Part shown: piece after piece, positions 35,487 through 43,854 of the stretch | Layout: every line of letters begins with the position of its first letter | Numbering within the stretch: position 1 is the first letter of the stretch | Origin: Gemmatimonadota bacterium | Lineage (GTDB): Bacteria; Gemmatimonadota; Gemmatimonadetes; Longimicrobiales; RSA9 | NCBI GenBank assembly: GCA_019689775.1 | Contig: JADGGV010000002.1 | Location: forward strand, 1 to 46,973 | Direction of reading: 5' to 3' | DNA: 46,973 nt | Notes under the pieces: model-generated | Seen by the model: only the letters and a program-made list of their open reading frames with translations | Told to the model about the DNA's origin: nothing | Database searches by the model: none | Translations under genes and position numbers: made by a program

Positions 35487-36812
35487 ATGGACGGACTCAC
35501 GGCGGCCCGGGCGCAGATGGAGGTCTCGCTCGGATTCCACATGATCTTCGCGGCGCTCGGCATCGGGCTGCCGCTGCTCATGGTGCTCGCCGAGGGGCTG
35601 GCGCTCCGCACGGGGCGGGACCACTACCGGGCGCTGGCCCGGACCTGGGCCAAGGCCACCGCGCTCACGTTCGCGGTCGGCGCGGTCTCCGGGACCGCAC
35701 TCTCCTTCGAGCTGGGGCTCCTCTGGCCCCGCTTCATGGCGTTCTCCGGCGCGGTGATCGGGTCCGCCTTCGCACTCGAGGGCTACGCCTTCTTCATCGA
35801 GGCGATCTTCATCGGCCTCTACCTCTACGGCTGGGACCGGCTGTCGCCGTTCCGCCACTGGCTCACCGGGATCCCCATCGCCGTCAGCGGCCTCCTGTCC
35901 GGCGTGCTCGTCGTAGCCGCCAACGCCTGGATGCAGGTGCCCGGCGGGATCCGCGAGGCCGGCGGCACGCTCGCGGCCGTCGATCCGCTCGGGCCGTTCC
36001 GCACGCCGGCCTGGATCCACATGGCGGTACACTCCTCCCTCTCCTGCTACATCGCGACCGGCTTCGGCGTGGCGGGCGTCTACGCGCTGGGACTCCTGAA
36101 GGGGCGACGCGATGCCTACCACCGCTCCGGGCTCGGCGTCGCGCTCGCCGTCGGCGCGGTCGCGGCGCTCCTCCAGCCGCTCAGCGGCGACTATACGGCG
36201 CGCCAGACCGCGCGCCACCAGCCCGCGAAGCTCGCCGCGATGGAGGCGCATTTCCGCACCCAGGCCCGCGCCCCGCTCCTCGTCGGCGGGCTGCCGGACG
36301 AGCGGACGGGCGAGGTCCGCGGCGCGATCCGGATCCCGGCCGGGCTGAGCCTCCTCGTCGCCCGCACGCCGGACGCGGTCGTCCCGGGCCTGGACGCCGT
36401 GCCGCCGGACCGGCGCCCGCCCGTCGCCGTCACGCACCTCGCATTCGACCTGATGGTCGGGAGCGCGTTCCTCCTCCTCGGCGCCGGCGCCCTCTACTGG
36501 TTCCTGCGCTGGCGACGCCGCGGCGCGCACCCCCCGTGGCTGCTCCGCCTCCTCGTCGCCGTCTCGCCGCTCGGCTTCCTCGCGCTCGAGGCCGGGTGGG
36601 TCGTCGCCGAGGCCGGGCGCCAGCCGTGGGTCGTCTACGGCGTGATGCGGACCGCGGACGCCGTGACCCCGGTTCCGCACGTCGGGCCGACGTTCCTCAT
36701 GTTCACGCTGCTCTACCTCTTCCTCGGCGGCACGCTGGCGCTGCTGCTGCGCCGGCTCGCGGGCGCGAGCGCCGCGCAGCCCGAGGGCTCGGAGGCGGTT
36801 CGTGCCGCTTGA
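35487..36812 (+). CDS. cydA: cytochrome bd ubiquinol oxidase subunit I
   Basis: N-terminus LTAARAQMEVSLGFHMIFAALGIGLP, and GWVVAEAGRQPWVVYG near the C-terminus. 441 aa (short Q-loop type). Confidence 0.95.
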   Translation: MDGLTAARAQMEVSLGFHMIFAALGIGLPLLMVLAEGLALRTGRDHYRALARTWAKATALTFAVGAVSGTALSFELGLLWPRFMAFSGAVIGSAFALEGYAFFIEAIFIGLYLYGWDRLSPFRHWLTGIPIAVSGLLSGVLVVAANAWMQVPGGIREAGGTLAAVDPLGPFRTPAWIHMAVHSSLSCYIATGFGVAGVYALGLLKGRRDAYHRSGLGVALAVGAVAALLQPLSGDYTARQTARHQPAKLAAMEAHFRTQARAPLLVGGLPDERTGEVRGAIRIPAGLSLLVARTPDAVVPGLDAVPPDRRPPVAVTHLAFDLMVGSAFLLLGAGALYWFLRWRRRGAHPPWLLRLLVAVSPLGFLALEAGWVVAEAGRQPWVVYGVMRTADAVTPVPHVGPTFLMFTLLYLFLGGTLALLLRRLAGASAAQPEGSEAVRAA

Positions 36813-37827
36813 GGGGTGGGTCGCCGCGCTCGGCGTCCTCGGCGTCGTCGCCTACGCGGCGCTCGGCGGGGCCGACTTCGGCGGCGGCATCTGGGACGCG
36901 TTCGCGCACGGGCCGCGCAAGGCGGCGCAGCGCGAGGCGATCGCCCACGCGATGGGGCCGGTGTGGGAAGCCAACCACGTCTGGCTCATCTTCGTCATCG
37001 TGCTGGTCTTCACCGCGTTCCCGCCGGCGTACGCCGCGCTCAGCGTCGGGCTCTACATCCCGTTCCACCTCGTGCTCTTCGGGATCATCCTGCGCGGCGC
37101 GGCGTTCGTCTTCCGCGCCTACTCGCCGCAGAGCGCCCGCTCGACCGGGCCGGCGCCGGGCGCCCGCCGCTGGGGCGCCGTCTTCGGTGCGGCCAGCGTG
37201 ATCACGCCCGCGCTCCTGGGCATGTGCCTCGGCGCGATCTCGTCCGGCGCCCTGCGCATCGCCGACGGGCAGGTGCTCGCCGGCGCCCCGCCCGCCTGGC
37301 TTACGCCGACCTCGATCGCCATCGGCGCGCTCGCGCTCGCGATCTGCGCCTACCTCGCTGCCGTCTACCTGGCCAACGAGACCGACGGCGCGCTGCGCGA
37401 CGACTTCCGGCGGGAGGCCCTGCTCGCCGGAACGTTCGTCGTCGCGCTCTCCGTGCTCGTGCTGCCGCTCCTGCGCAGCGGCGCGCCGCACCTCTGGAAC
37501 GGGCTGCTCGGCGGGCGCGCCGCGCCCGTCGTCGGCATCGGCGTCCTGGCCGCGCTCGCGTCCGGCTGGCTGCTGCTCCGGCGGCGCTACCGCCTCGCGC
37601 GCATCGCCGCCGTCGCGCAGGTCGGTTGCCTTCTCGTCGGCTGGGCACTCGCGCAGTATCCCTACCTGATCTATCCCGACCTGCCGCTCCACCTCGCCGC
37701 CGCGCGCGCGCCAACGCTGCGCTTCGTTCTCTACGCGCTCCCCGTCGGCATGGCCGTCCTCATCCCGTCGCTCTGGCTCCTGTTCCGCGTCTTCAAGCGG
37801 GAGTCCCTCACGCTCGAGGAGCCGTGA
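36802..37827 (+). CDS. cydB: cytochrome bd ubiquinol oxidase subunit II
   Basis: GTG start after GGAGG, overlapping the cydA end by 11 nt. Polytopic, with a typical CydB N-terminus (YAALGGADFGGGIWD). Confidence 0.93.
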   Translation: MPLEGWVAALGVLGVVAYAALGGADFGGGIWDAFAHGPRKAAQREAIAHAMGPVWEANHVWLIFVIVLVFTAFPPAYAALSVGLYIPFHLVLFGIILRGAAFVFRAYSPQSARSTGPAPGARRWGAVFGAASVITPALLGMCLGAISSGALRIADGQVLAGAPPAWLTPTSIAIGALALAICAYLAAVYLANETDGALRDDFRREALLAGTFVVALSVLVLPLLRSGAPHLWNGLLGGRAAPVVGIGVLAALASGWLLLRRRYRLARIAAVAQVGCLLVGWALAQYPYLIYPDLPLHLAAARAPTLRFVLYALPVGMAVLIPSLWLLFRVFKRESLTLEEP

Positions 37828-37846
37828 ACGGCCCCCGAACGCGACG

Positions 37847-37890
37847 GCGCCCGCACCCGCCGGTGACGGCACGGCGTCGGGTGCGGGCGC
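37847..37890. terminator. 13-bp perfect GC hairpin between convergent cydB and the HEAT-repeat gene (bidirectional terminator candidate, no U-tract)
   Basis: gcgcccgcacccg (37847-37859) pairs with cgggtgcgggcgc (37878-37890), with an 18-nt loop. Confidence 0.45.
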
Positions 37891-37919
37891 GGGGCGCGCG
37901 CTCGGATCCGAGTCCCGAG

Positions 37920-38690
37920 CTACCGCTTGACGAGCAGCTCCTCGAACAGCGCCAGCGCGCGCGGGTCGCCGCTCTGGCCGAGCCAGACCAGCGCCTGGCG
38001 GCGCAGCCGCGGATCGCCGTTCCGCCGGGCGATCTCGATCAGCGCGGGCACGCCCTCGTCGCGCGGCCGCTGCGACAGCGCGAAGATCGCCTGCTTGCGG
38101 ATCTCCACGTCGACGTCGTCGTCGCGGGCCAGCTCGTCGAGGCCGCGCGTGGCGGCGGCCGCGGCTTCCTGCCCGAGCCAGAACGTGGCCTGCTTGCGCA
38201 CCGCCTGTGGCCGCGACGCGTCGCGCGCGATCGCCAGCAGGTCGGGCCAGACCGTCACGCTGTCCGCCAGCGTCGCCGCGAAGATCGCCCGCCGGGCGAC
38301 GACGTCGTCGGAGCGCGCCAGCGAGAGCAGATAGCCGGCCGCGTCCGCCGCCCGCACGCTCCCCAGGTCCGTCACGCCGGCGCCGCCCGGGCGCCAGTGG
38401 CCGCCGACGTACGTCCGCATGGCGGCGACCCGGTGGTCCCGCACGTCCAGCGCGATCCGCGCCGGCCCCTCCTCGCAGTCGCTCTCCCACTCCGAGGAGC
38501 GACCGCTCCACCGGCTGATGCCGTTCTCGCCGTTGCCGCAGATGCCCGGCCGCGTCGCGAAGCTGAACCGGACCGTGCCGTCGGGGGCCGCGGCCACCCG
38601 GGACGCCAGCGACTGGGCCGTCGCCGCCGGTGCGCCGGCCAGCAGGGCGGCAGCAACGAGCGACGAGGCGCGGGGAATACGCGTGCTCAT
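37920..38690 (-). CDS. secreted HEAT-repeat protein (256 aa)
   Basis: Signal peptide MSTRIPRASSLVAAALLAGAPAATAQS. C-terminal repeats RKQATFWLGQ, RKQAIFALSQ and RRQALVWLGQSGDPRA. The ATG overlaps the upstream stop (ATGA). Confidence 0.8.
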   Translation of the reverse strand: MSTRIPRASSLVAAALLAGAPAATAQSLASRVAAAPDGTVRFSFATRPGICGNGENGISRWSGRSSEWESDCEEGPARIALDVRDHRVAAMRTYVGGHWRPGGAGVTDLGSVRAADAAGYLLSLARSDDVVARRAIFAATLADSVTVWPDLLAIARDASRPQAVRKQATFWLGQEAAAAATRGLDELARDDDVDVEIRKQAIFALSQRPRDEGVPALIEIARRNGDPRLRRQALVWLGQSGDPRALALFEELLVKR

Positions 38691-40339
38691 CGGTTGATGA
38701 TCTCCTGGAGCACCTCTACGGCGCGCGGGTCCTTGGACTGCGACAGCCAGAAGATCGCCCGCTTGCGCAGCTCCACGTCCTTCTCGTGGCGGGCGATGTC
38801 GATCAGCTTGTCGACGAACGCCGGGTCGCGGCGCTGCGAGTAGGCGAAGATGAGCTGCTCCTTGATCTCGCGGTCGCCGCTGCGGTCGTAGAGCGCGACC
38901 AGGTCCGCGGCCGGCGCGCCGCCCTGCGCCGCCCAGAACAGCGCCTTCTTGCGGATCTCGATCGGCTGGTCGCTCCCCATGGCGACGTCCATCAGCCATC
39001 GGCCGTTCATCTCCCGTCCCATCTGCGAGAGCGAGAACAGGATCCGCTCCTTCAGCTCGGCGTCCCGCGTGCGGGTGAAGAGGTCGCGCAGGAACTGCGC
39101 GTTCTGCGGCGAGCGGCTCTGGCCGATCCAGAACACGGCCTTCGCGCGCAGCTCGGGCGAGGCGGCGTCCGAGAGGGCGTAGGCGCGCAGCGCGTTCGCG
39201 GCCTTCGCGCCGCGGTGCTGCGATAGCGCGAAGAGCGCCTTCTCCTTGACCTCCGCGTCCGTCGCCGTGCGCAGCACGTCCTGTAGCGCGTCCACGGCCT
39301 CGTCGCCCTGCACCTGCGACAGCCAGAAGACCGCCTGGCCGCGCACCTCCGGGTCCGGATCCTCGCGCGCCGCCTTCAGCAGGATCGCGGCCGTCTCCGG
39401 CGTGCGCTTCTGCGAGACCAGGAACACCGCGCGCCGGCGCAGCGTGGCCGAGCACGCGTCGCGGCGCGCCAGCACCTGCCGCAGGATCGGCATCGCCTGC
39501 TCCGTCCCCATCTGTAGCAGCGCGTTCAGCGCCGCCACGCGCATGTCGTTCTCATCGTCCTCGGTCGGGCACCCCTGCTGCGGCGCCCGCGTCACGGCGT
39601 CGGCGCGCCGGGCCACGCGCCGCGCGGCCTGCTCGTCGCCGCGCCGCGCCAGCTCGCCGTTGATTCGCGTCGCCAGCGTCTCGGCGTCGCCGCGCGTGCT
39701 CGCCTGGGGGTAGCGCGTCCCCTGCACCTCGAGCGCGGCGAGCGCGGCGCGCAGCTCGCCGGAGCCGCCGCTGCGGTACAGCGCGAACGCCTGCCAGTAG
39801 AGCGCGTCCGCCGCGTACGCGGAGCGCGGGTAGCGCGACGCGACCTCCGCGAACAACTGCGCCGCCCGCCGGTAGTCGCCGTCGTTGAGCGCCTGCCGCG
39901 CGCTCCGATAGAGCGAGTCGGCGGGATCGCCCTGGCGCCACGGCGGCGGCGGAACCGTCGCCATTCGCCGCCCGCCGCCCCACACCGCCGCGGCCGCCGC
40001 CGCCCGGGCCGCCGGCGCCGCGGCGGCCGCATCGGCGAGTTGCGCGCCGGCTCGGGCGGCCTCGGCCGCCGCCGCGTCCAGTGCCGGCACCGCGGCCAGC
40101 GCCACGCCCGCGGCCTCGGCCGCCGCCCCGTGCACCGCCGGCGTCGCGGCCAGCACCGCGCGCGCGGCCTGCGCCTCGGCCAGCGCCGTCTGCACCACCG
40201 CGGCGGCCTCGCTCGCACCCGTGGCGGCCGCGGCGCGAGCCATGGACGCGCCGCCAACCGGCCTCTGCGCCCACCGGGCCGCGTCCGCCGTGGAGGCCCC
40301 CAGCGCCACCGCCAGGATGACCAGGATCTGCGTGCGCAT
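38687..40339 (-). CDS. secreted TPR-like + HEAT-repeat protein (550 aa)
   Basis: Signal peptide MRTQILVILAVALGASTADA and an Ala-rich linker. YbgF/BamD-like TPR segment (YRSARQALNDGDYRRAAQLF...YAADALYWQA). At least 8 repeats of [RK]xxA[IVL]F[WAS]L[SG]Q. The ATG at 40339 follows GGAG. Confidence 0.8.
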   Translation of the reverse strand: MRTQILVILAVALGASTADAARWAQRPVGGASMARAAAATGASEAAAVVQTALAEAQAARAVLAATPAVHGAAAEAAGVALAAVPALDAAAAEAARAGAQLADAAAAAPAARAAAAAAVWGGGRRMATVPPPPWRQGDPADSLYRSARQALNDGDYRRAAQLFAEVASRYPRSAYAADALYWQAFALYRSGGSGELRAALAALEVQGTRYPQASTRGDAETLATRINGELARRGDEQAARRVARRADAVTRAPQQGCPTEDDENDMRVAALNALLQMGTEQAMPILRQVLARRDACSATLRRRAVFLVSQKRTPETAAILLKAAREDPDPEVRGQAVFWLSQVQGDEAVDALQDVLRTATDAEVKEKALFALSQHRGAKAANALRAYALSDAASPELRAKAVFWIGQSRSPQNAQFLRDLFTRTRDAELKERILFSLSQMGREMNGRWLMDVAMGSDQPIEIRKKALFWAAQGGAPAADLVALYDRSGDREIKEQLIFAYSQRRDPAFVDKLIDIARHEKDVELRKRAIFWLSQSKDPRAVEVLQEIINR

Positions 40340-40350
40340 GATCGTCTCCT

Positions 40351-41253
40351 TCAAGTTCCTGCGGACACCGGGCCGGCGGGCACCACCGCCCGGAGCCTCG
40401 GCAGGACGTCGTGTTGTTTGAGTGCGTGCTCGATCAGCTCCACGTCCTCCGCGCGCGCACCGCCGGCCCGGAGCTGGACGATCTGGGCGAGGACCAGCTC
40501 GAGGTCCTCGAGGAGCCCCCGGATCTTCGGGTCGCTGGCCGCCGGCGAATCCAGCAGGAGGCGCGTGCTCGACAGGACGTCACGGGCCCAGGCGGCGAGC
40601 TGCGGGTCCACCTCCGCCTGTCGCCGCGCCTCCGACCGGAACGACGTGAGCAGCAGCTCGGCCTGGTTCAGCGTCTGGACGGCGGCGAAGCGGTACAGGG
40701 TTAGGTTCCGCCCGTCCTCCGCCGGCTCGCCAGGAGCGGCGGGCCCCGGCCGCTCGGCTGGCTCCGCGCTGGCGCCGTCCGGCGCCGCGTGCGCCGGGCT
40801 CGCCGTCCTCCCCCGCCCTGCCGGCGACCCGGACCGCGCGACCTCGCCTGCGGTCGTCGCACTCCTCGGCGCGGCGCCGCCCGCCTCCACCCCGCCCGCC
40901 GGGCCGGTCGCCGCCGGACCCGCCGCCGGAGCGCGGCCGCCGGCCGGCGCCTCCGCGACCCGGGTTCCCGCGGGCCGCTCCAGCCGGGTCAGCCGGCCGA
41001 GCGCGACGCCGAGCGCCAGCATCGCCGCGAGCGGCAGCCCCCGGAGCGTCCACCAGCGGGCGCCGCGCGGCGGTCGAGTCGGCCGGGAGTCGACGCGGAG
41101 CGACGGCGCTGTCGCGGCGTCGTCGCCCTGTGCCGTGTGGGCCTGGGCCGCGCGGATCCGCTCCCATATGGCGTCCCGCGGCGTCGCCGGCGGCGGATGG
41201 TAGAGTTCCCGCGCCGCGCTCCGGAGGAAGTCCTCGAACCGATCCTCGCTCAT
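40351..41253 (-). CDS. anti-sigma factor (single-pass, non-zinc type)
   Basis: Its ATG overlaps the ECF sigma stop (ATGA). Short cytoplasmic N-terminus, a TM helix (LRGLPLAAMLALGVALG), a Pro/Ala/Gly-rich linker and a helical C-terminal domain. Confidence 0.7.
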   Translation of the reverse strand: MSEDRFEDFLRSAARELYHPPPATPRDAIWERIRAAQAHTAQGDDAATAPSLRVDSRPTRPPRGARWWTLRGLPLAAMLALGVALGRLTRLERPAGTRVAEAPAGGRAPAAGPAATGPAGGVEAGGAAPRSATTAGEVARSGSPAGRGRTASPAHAAPDGASAEPAERPGPAAPGEPAEDGRNLTLYRFAAVQTLNQAELLLTSFRSEARRQAEVDPQLAAWARDVLSSTRLLLDSPAASDPKIRGLLEDLELVLAQIVQLRAGGARAEDVELIEHALKQHDVLPRLRAVVPAGPVSAGT

Positions 41254-41792
41254 GTCGCCCATTCTCCCGCAAAGTCGGCCAGCTTCTCGCGCAACGCCGC
41301 GCGCGCCCGGAACAGCCGCGCCTTCGACGTGCCTTCCGGGATGTCCAGCACCTGGCCGATCTCCTCGTGCGTGAAGCCCTCCACGTCGTGCATCACGAAG
41401 ACGAGCCGATGGTGCTCCGCGAGCCCGTCGACCGCTCGCCTCAGCCGGTCCTTCAGGTCTGGCTCCGCCGCGCCCGGCACGACGCCGACGCCGGCGGCAT
41501 CGTCCAGGTCCGTCTCGCGCTCCCGCAGCCGCTTCACCTTCCGCAGGCCGTTCAGGATGACCGACACCGCCACCGTGTGCAGCCACGTCGAGAAGGCCGA
41601 GTCCCCGCGGAACTCCTTCAGTCGGGCGAACGCGCGGATGAAGGTGTCCTGGGTGAAGTCCTGAGCCAGGTCCTCGTCCCCGCTCATCCGGTAGGCGAGC
41701 CGGTAGACGCGGTCGACGTGCGCGTCGTACAGCGCGCGCTGCGCCTGATCGTCTCCGCCGACCGCTCGAGCGATCAACTGCCGTTCGTCCAC
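41250..41792 (-). CDS. ECF (group 4) RNA polymerase sigma factor
   Basis: Region 2 (DRVYRLAYRMSGDEDLAQDFTQDTFIRAF) and region 4 HTH (FTHEEIGQVLDIPEGTSKARLFRAR). GTG start. Confidence 0.93.
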   Translation of the reverse strand: MDERQLIARAVGGDDQAQRALYDAHVDRVYRLAYRMSGDEDLAQDFTQDTFIRAFARLKEFRGDSAFSTWLHTVAVSVILNGLRKVKRLRERETDLDDAAGVGVVPGAAEPDLKDRLRRAVDGLAEHHRLVFVMHDVEGFTHEEIGQVLDIPEGTSKARLFRARAALREKLADFAGEWAT

Positions 41793-41834
41793 CCGGGCAC
41801 CGTGAGCGTGAGTCCGTGGGGCTTCCGTCGCTTA

Positions 41835-41861
41835 GGACACGATAGCGGGGAAAAGCGTTTC
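41835..41861 (-). promoter_or_regulatory. candidate ECF-type autoregulated promoter
   Basis: The minus strand reads TGAAAC, 15 nt, then CGTGTC (an AAC ... CGT pattern), about 43 nt upstream of the sigma GTG. Confidence 0.35.
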
Positions 41862-41904
41862 AGGGATGTCGCGCGCCGGCGCAGGCGCATGCCCGGAGGA
41901 GACC

Positions 41905-42240
41905 GCAAGAGGGCCGCTGGCAGCGGGGCGGGTGGGACTCGAGCTGGCGCAGGCGTTCGTCGGCCTCGGCTCCGCCGTCACGGTCGTCGGGTCCGCGCCG
42001 CGCGTGCTCCCGGGGCGAGGGCGCAGAGATCTCGCTCATCGTCCCGCCGGCGATCAAGGCGGCTGGCATCGCGGTCCTGGTCGGCCACGAGGCGCCCGCC
42101 GCGACGCGGACCGCTGCCGGCATCGCGCTCGACGTGGCCGGCCCGCTGAACCGCCGCGGCGCGATGGCCGCGGACCGGCCGTGGATGCAGAATGGGCCCG
42201 GCGCGCGCTGGACCCGTCGTCGCTCAAGGCAGCTTGCGCG
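41905..42240 (+). pseudogene. internal fragment of a pyridine nucleotide-disulfide oxidoreductase (MerA/Lpd-like NAD-binding domain), frameshifted
   Basis: One frame reads GRVGLELAQAFVGLGSAVTVVGSAPRVLPG. After a shift it continues EGAEISLIVPPAIKAAGIAVLVGHEAPAATRTAAGIALDV, matching the pattern ...ELAQAFARLGSKVTV...PEI...EGIEVL... There is no room for the FAD-binding N-terminus or the dimerisation C-terminus. Confidence 0.4.
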
Positions 42241-42242
42241 CG

Positions 42243-42815
42243 TCACCCGTGCAGCGGACGTCCGCCGCCGCCCGCCGCGCGGAGCCGCGCGTCCAGCCCC
42301 GCGCCGTGGCGGGCGGCGGCCGCGGCCAGCTCCTCCAGCAGCCGTGCCACCCGCGGCGGCACCGGCACCGGCGCGGCGGCCCGCCACACCTCGTCCAGCC
42401 GCGCCAACTGGCGCCGCAGCGCCGCCAGGACCTCGCCGTCGCCGCCCGGGACCGCACCCGCCAGCCGCTCCCGCACCGCCCGCCGCACGATGCGGTTCAG
42501 CTCGCACGGCGCGCCGCCCAGCGAGGACACGATCGCGACGAGCACGCGCGACTGTGCGTCCCGCGCCGCCGACTCCTCGCGCAGCACGCGCGCGAGGGCG
42601 TCGTCGCACACCTGCTCCGCCGCCGAGCGGCACGCGTACGCCGCGGTCCTCGCCTGCTGGAGCAGGCTCCGTAGCCAGTCCAGGAGCGCCGGGTCGCTCC
42701 CCTGGACCGGCAGCAGCGGCAGCGGCTCCGACGGGGCTTCCGGGACGCCGCCCGGCACCGCGAGGCGCCCCGCGTCCGGCTGGCCCGGCGGTACTGGACC
42801 GATGGTCCCGGCCAT
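42243..42815 (-). CDS. hypothetical protein (190 aa, helical, Ala/Arg/Leu-rich)
   Basis: ATG at 42815. Only the last 190 codons of track ORF 42243..43364 are plausible, because the rest runs through the tRNA. No family recognised. Confidence 0.4.
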   Translation of the reverse strand: MAGTIGPVPPGQPDAGRLAVPGGVPEAPSEPLPLLPVQGSDPALLDWLRSLLQQARTAAYACRSAAEQVCDDALARVLREESAARDAQSRVLVAIVSSLGGAPCELNRIVRRAVRERLAGAVPGGDGEVLAALRRQLARLDEVWRAAAPVPVPPRVARLLEELAAAAARHGAGLDARLRAAGGGGRPLHG

Positions 42816-43202
42816 CAGGCCCTCGCTTCCAACGTCGGCACGTCTACGACTCCCGACTGGACCACGATTCGACTTCCGGCGACACGGCACGGCCCGCGTA
42901 CTTCCGGCCGCGCGGAAGCGCAAAACGCGGACCGCACGGGGCAGCCTGACGGCCGGCGGCCGCGCGGCGGGACGCGTGCTCAGCCCTGCGGCGCGCCGGC
43001 CGACTGGCCCGCCGGTCGCGCGGCGGCGGCGATCCCACCGATCTCGCGCGCCCCGGCCGCGATGGGCTCTCACGACACCGACCGGATCAAGGTCGCCATG
43101 GCGATCCTGACCGTCGCCGGCGGCGCGCTCCCCGACCCGCGGGCCGGCCGCGGGCCGCTCGGCACGCCACGCCCGATCCGGCGCCCCGCCGCCGGCACGC
43201 GA

Positions 43203-43238
43203 CGAAAATGCCCCCGACCGTCGATCCGGGTCGGGGGC
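43203..43238 (-). terminator. rho-independent terminator after tRNA-Ser
   Basis: Perfect 10-bp stem gcccccgacc / ggtcgggggc (43210-43219 / 43229-43238). On the minus strand it is followed by AUUUUC. It lies 28 nt past the tRNA 3' end. Confidence 0.7.
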
Positions 43239-43265
43239 CTGTCCACCGGCAAGGAGCCGGTCGAG

Positions 43266-43348
43266 CGGAGGGCCGGGGATTCGAACCCCGATGGGCTTGC
43301 GCCCGGCGGTTTTCAAGACCGCTGCCTTACCGTTAGGACTAGCCCTCC
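43266..43348 (-). tRNA. tRNA-Ser (anticodon UGA), type II with long variable arm, no encoded CCA
   Basis: 7-bp acceptor GGAGGGC/GCCCTCC. Anticodon stem GCGGT/ACCGC with loop CUUGAAA. Variable arm GGGC-GCAA-GCCC. T arm CGGGG-TTCGAAT-CCCCG. Discriminator G. Confidence 0.9.
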
Positions 43349-43854
43349 TAAACACCTTCGTCACACAAATTTATCGCGCTAGCTGGCTCCTGACCAGCCC
43401 GCGCGTCGAACCGGCCCGGTGCAAAATCCGGTGCAACGACGCTCCACACCTTTCTACGCCCAGGCGCGGTCAGACGCGCCAAATCTGATCCCGTTTCGGC
43501 CTGAGGTCTACCCCCGGGCCTCGTGCGTAGCGGCAGGTCGCCACGAGCTTCTTTGGCGACAGGCCGGTCGCGTAGGGTAAGGCGTTGGCACCGCAATCGC
43601 GCAACGACGCGTCGCCCCCGCAGTGCCCCCCACACCCGGACGTCGTCATCTACAAGACGGTCGGGCGGCTCAGCCCCACCGCGCACCTGGCGCTCTGACG
43701 TGCCGCTCTGGATGGCGACGCCCTCCTCGTCGCGCCGGAGCCGGGCCCGCCGGCGGCTGGCTCTCGCCCATTCAGCACAGGTCAGTGAACGAGGCGTAGT
43801 CTGGACAGGATTGGACTTGCCCCGGTTCGGTGGACGGGTTTCCGCGAGAGCGTG

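Noticed and set aside
35043-36680. 545-aa minus-strand ORF and the 712-aa plus-strand ORF at 35063..37201
   Set aside because: They are antisense to or out of frame with cydA/cydB, which are unambiguous. Both products are low-complexity and Arg-rich.
42816-43265. att-like direct repeat of the tRNA-Ser 3' end that would delimit an integrated island
   Set aside because: The only shared string is the 7-mer gattcga at 42866-42872. No integrase gene or fragment is recognisable, so no island is called.
43348-43686. 112-aa minus-strand ORF and the 106-aa plus-strand ORF at 43062..43382
   Set aside because: Both overlap the tRNA-Ser gene or its terminator and are Arg/Pro/Gly-rich. No SD and no motifs.
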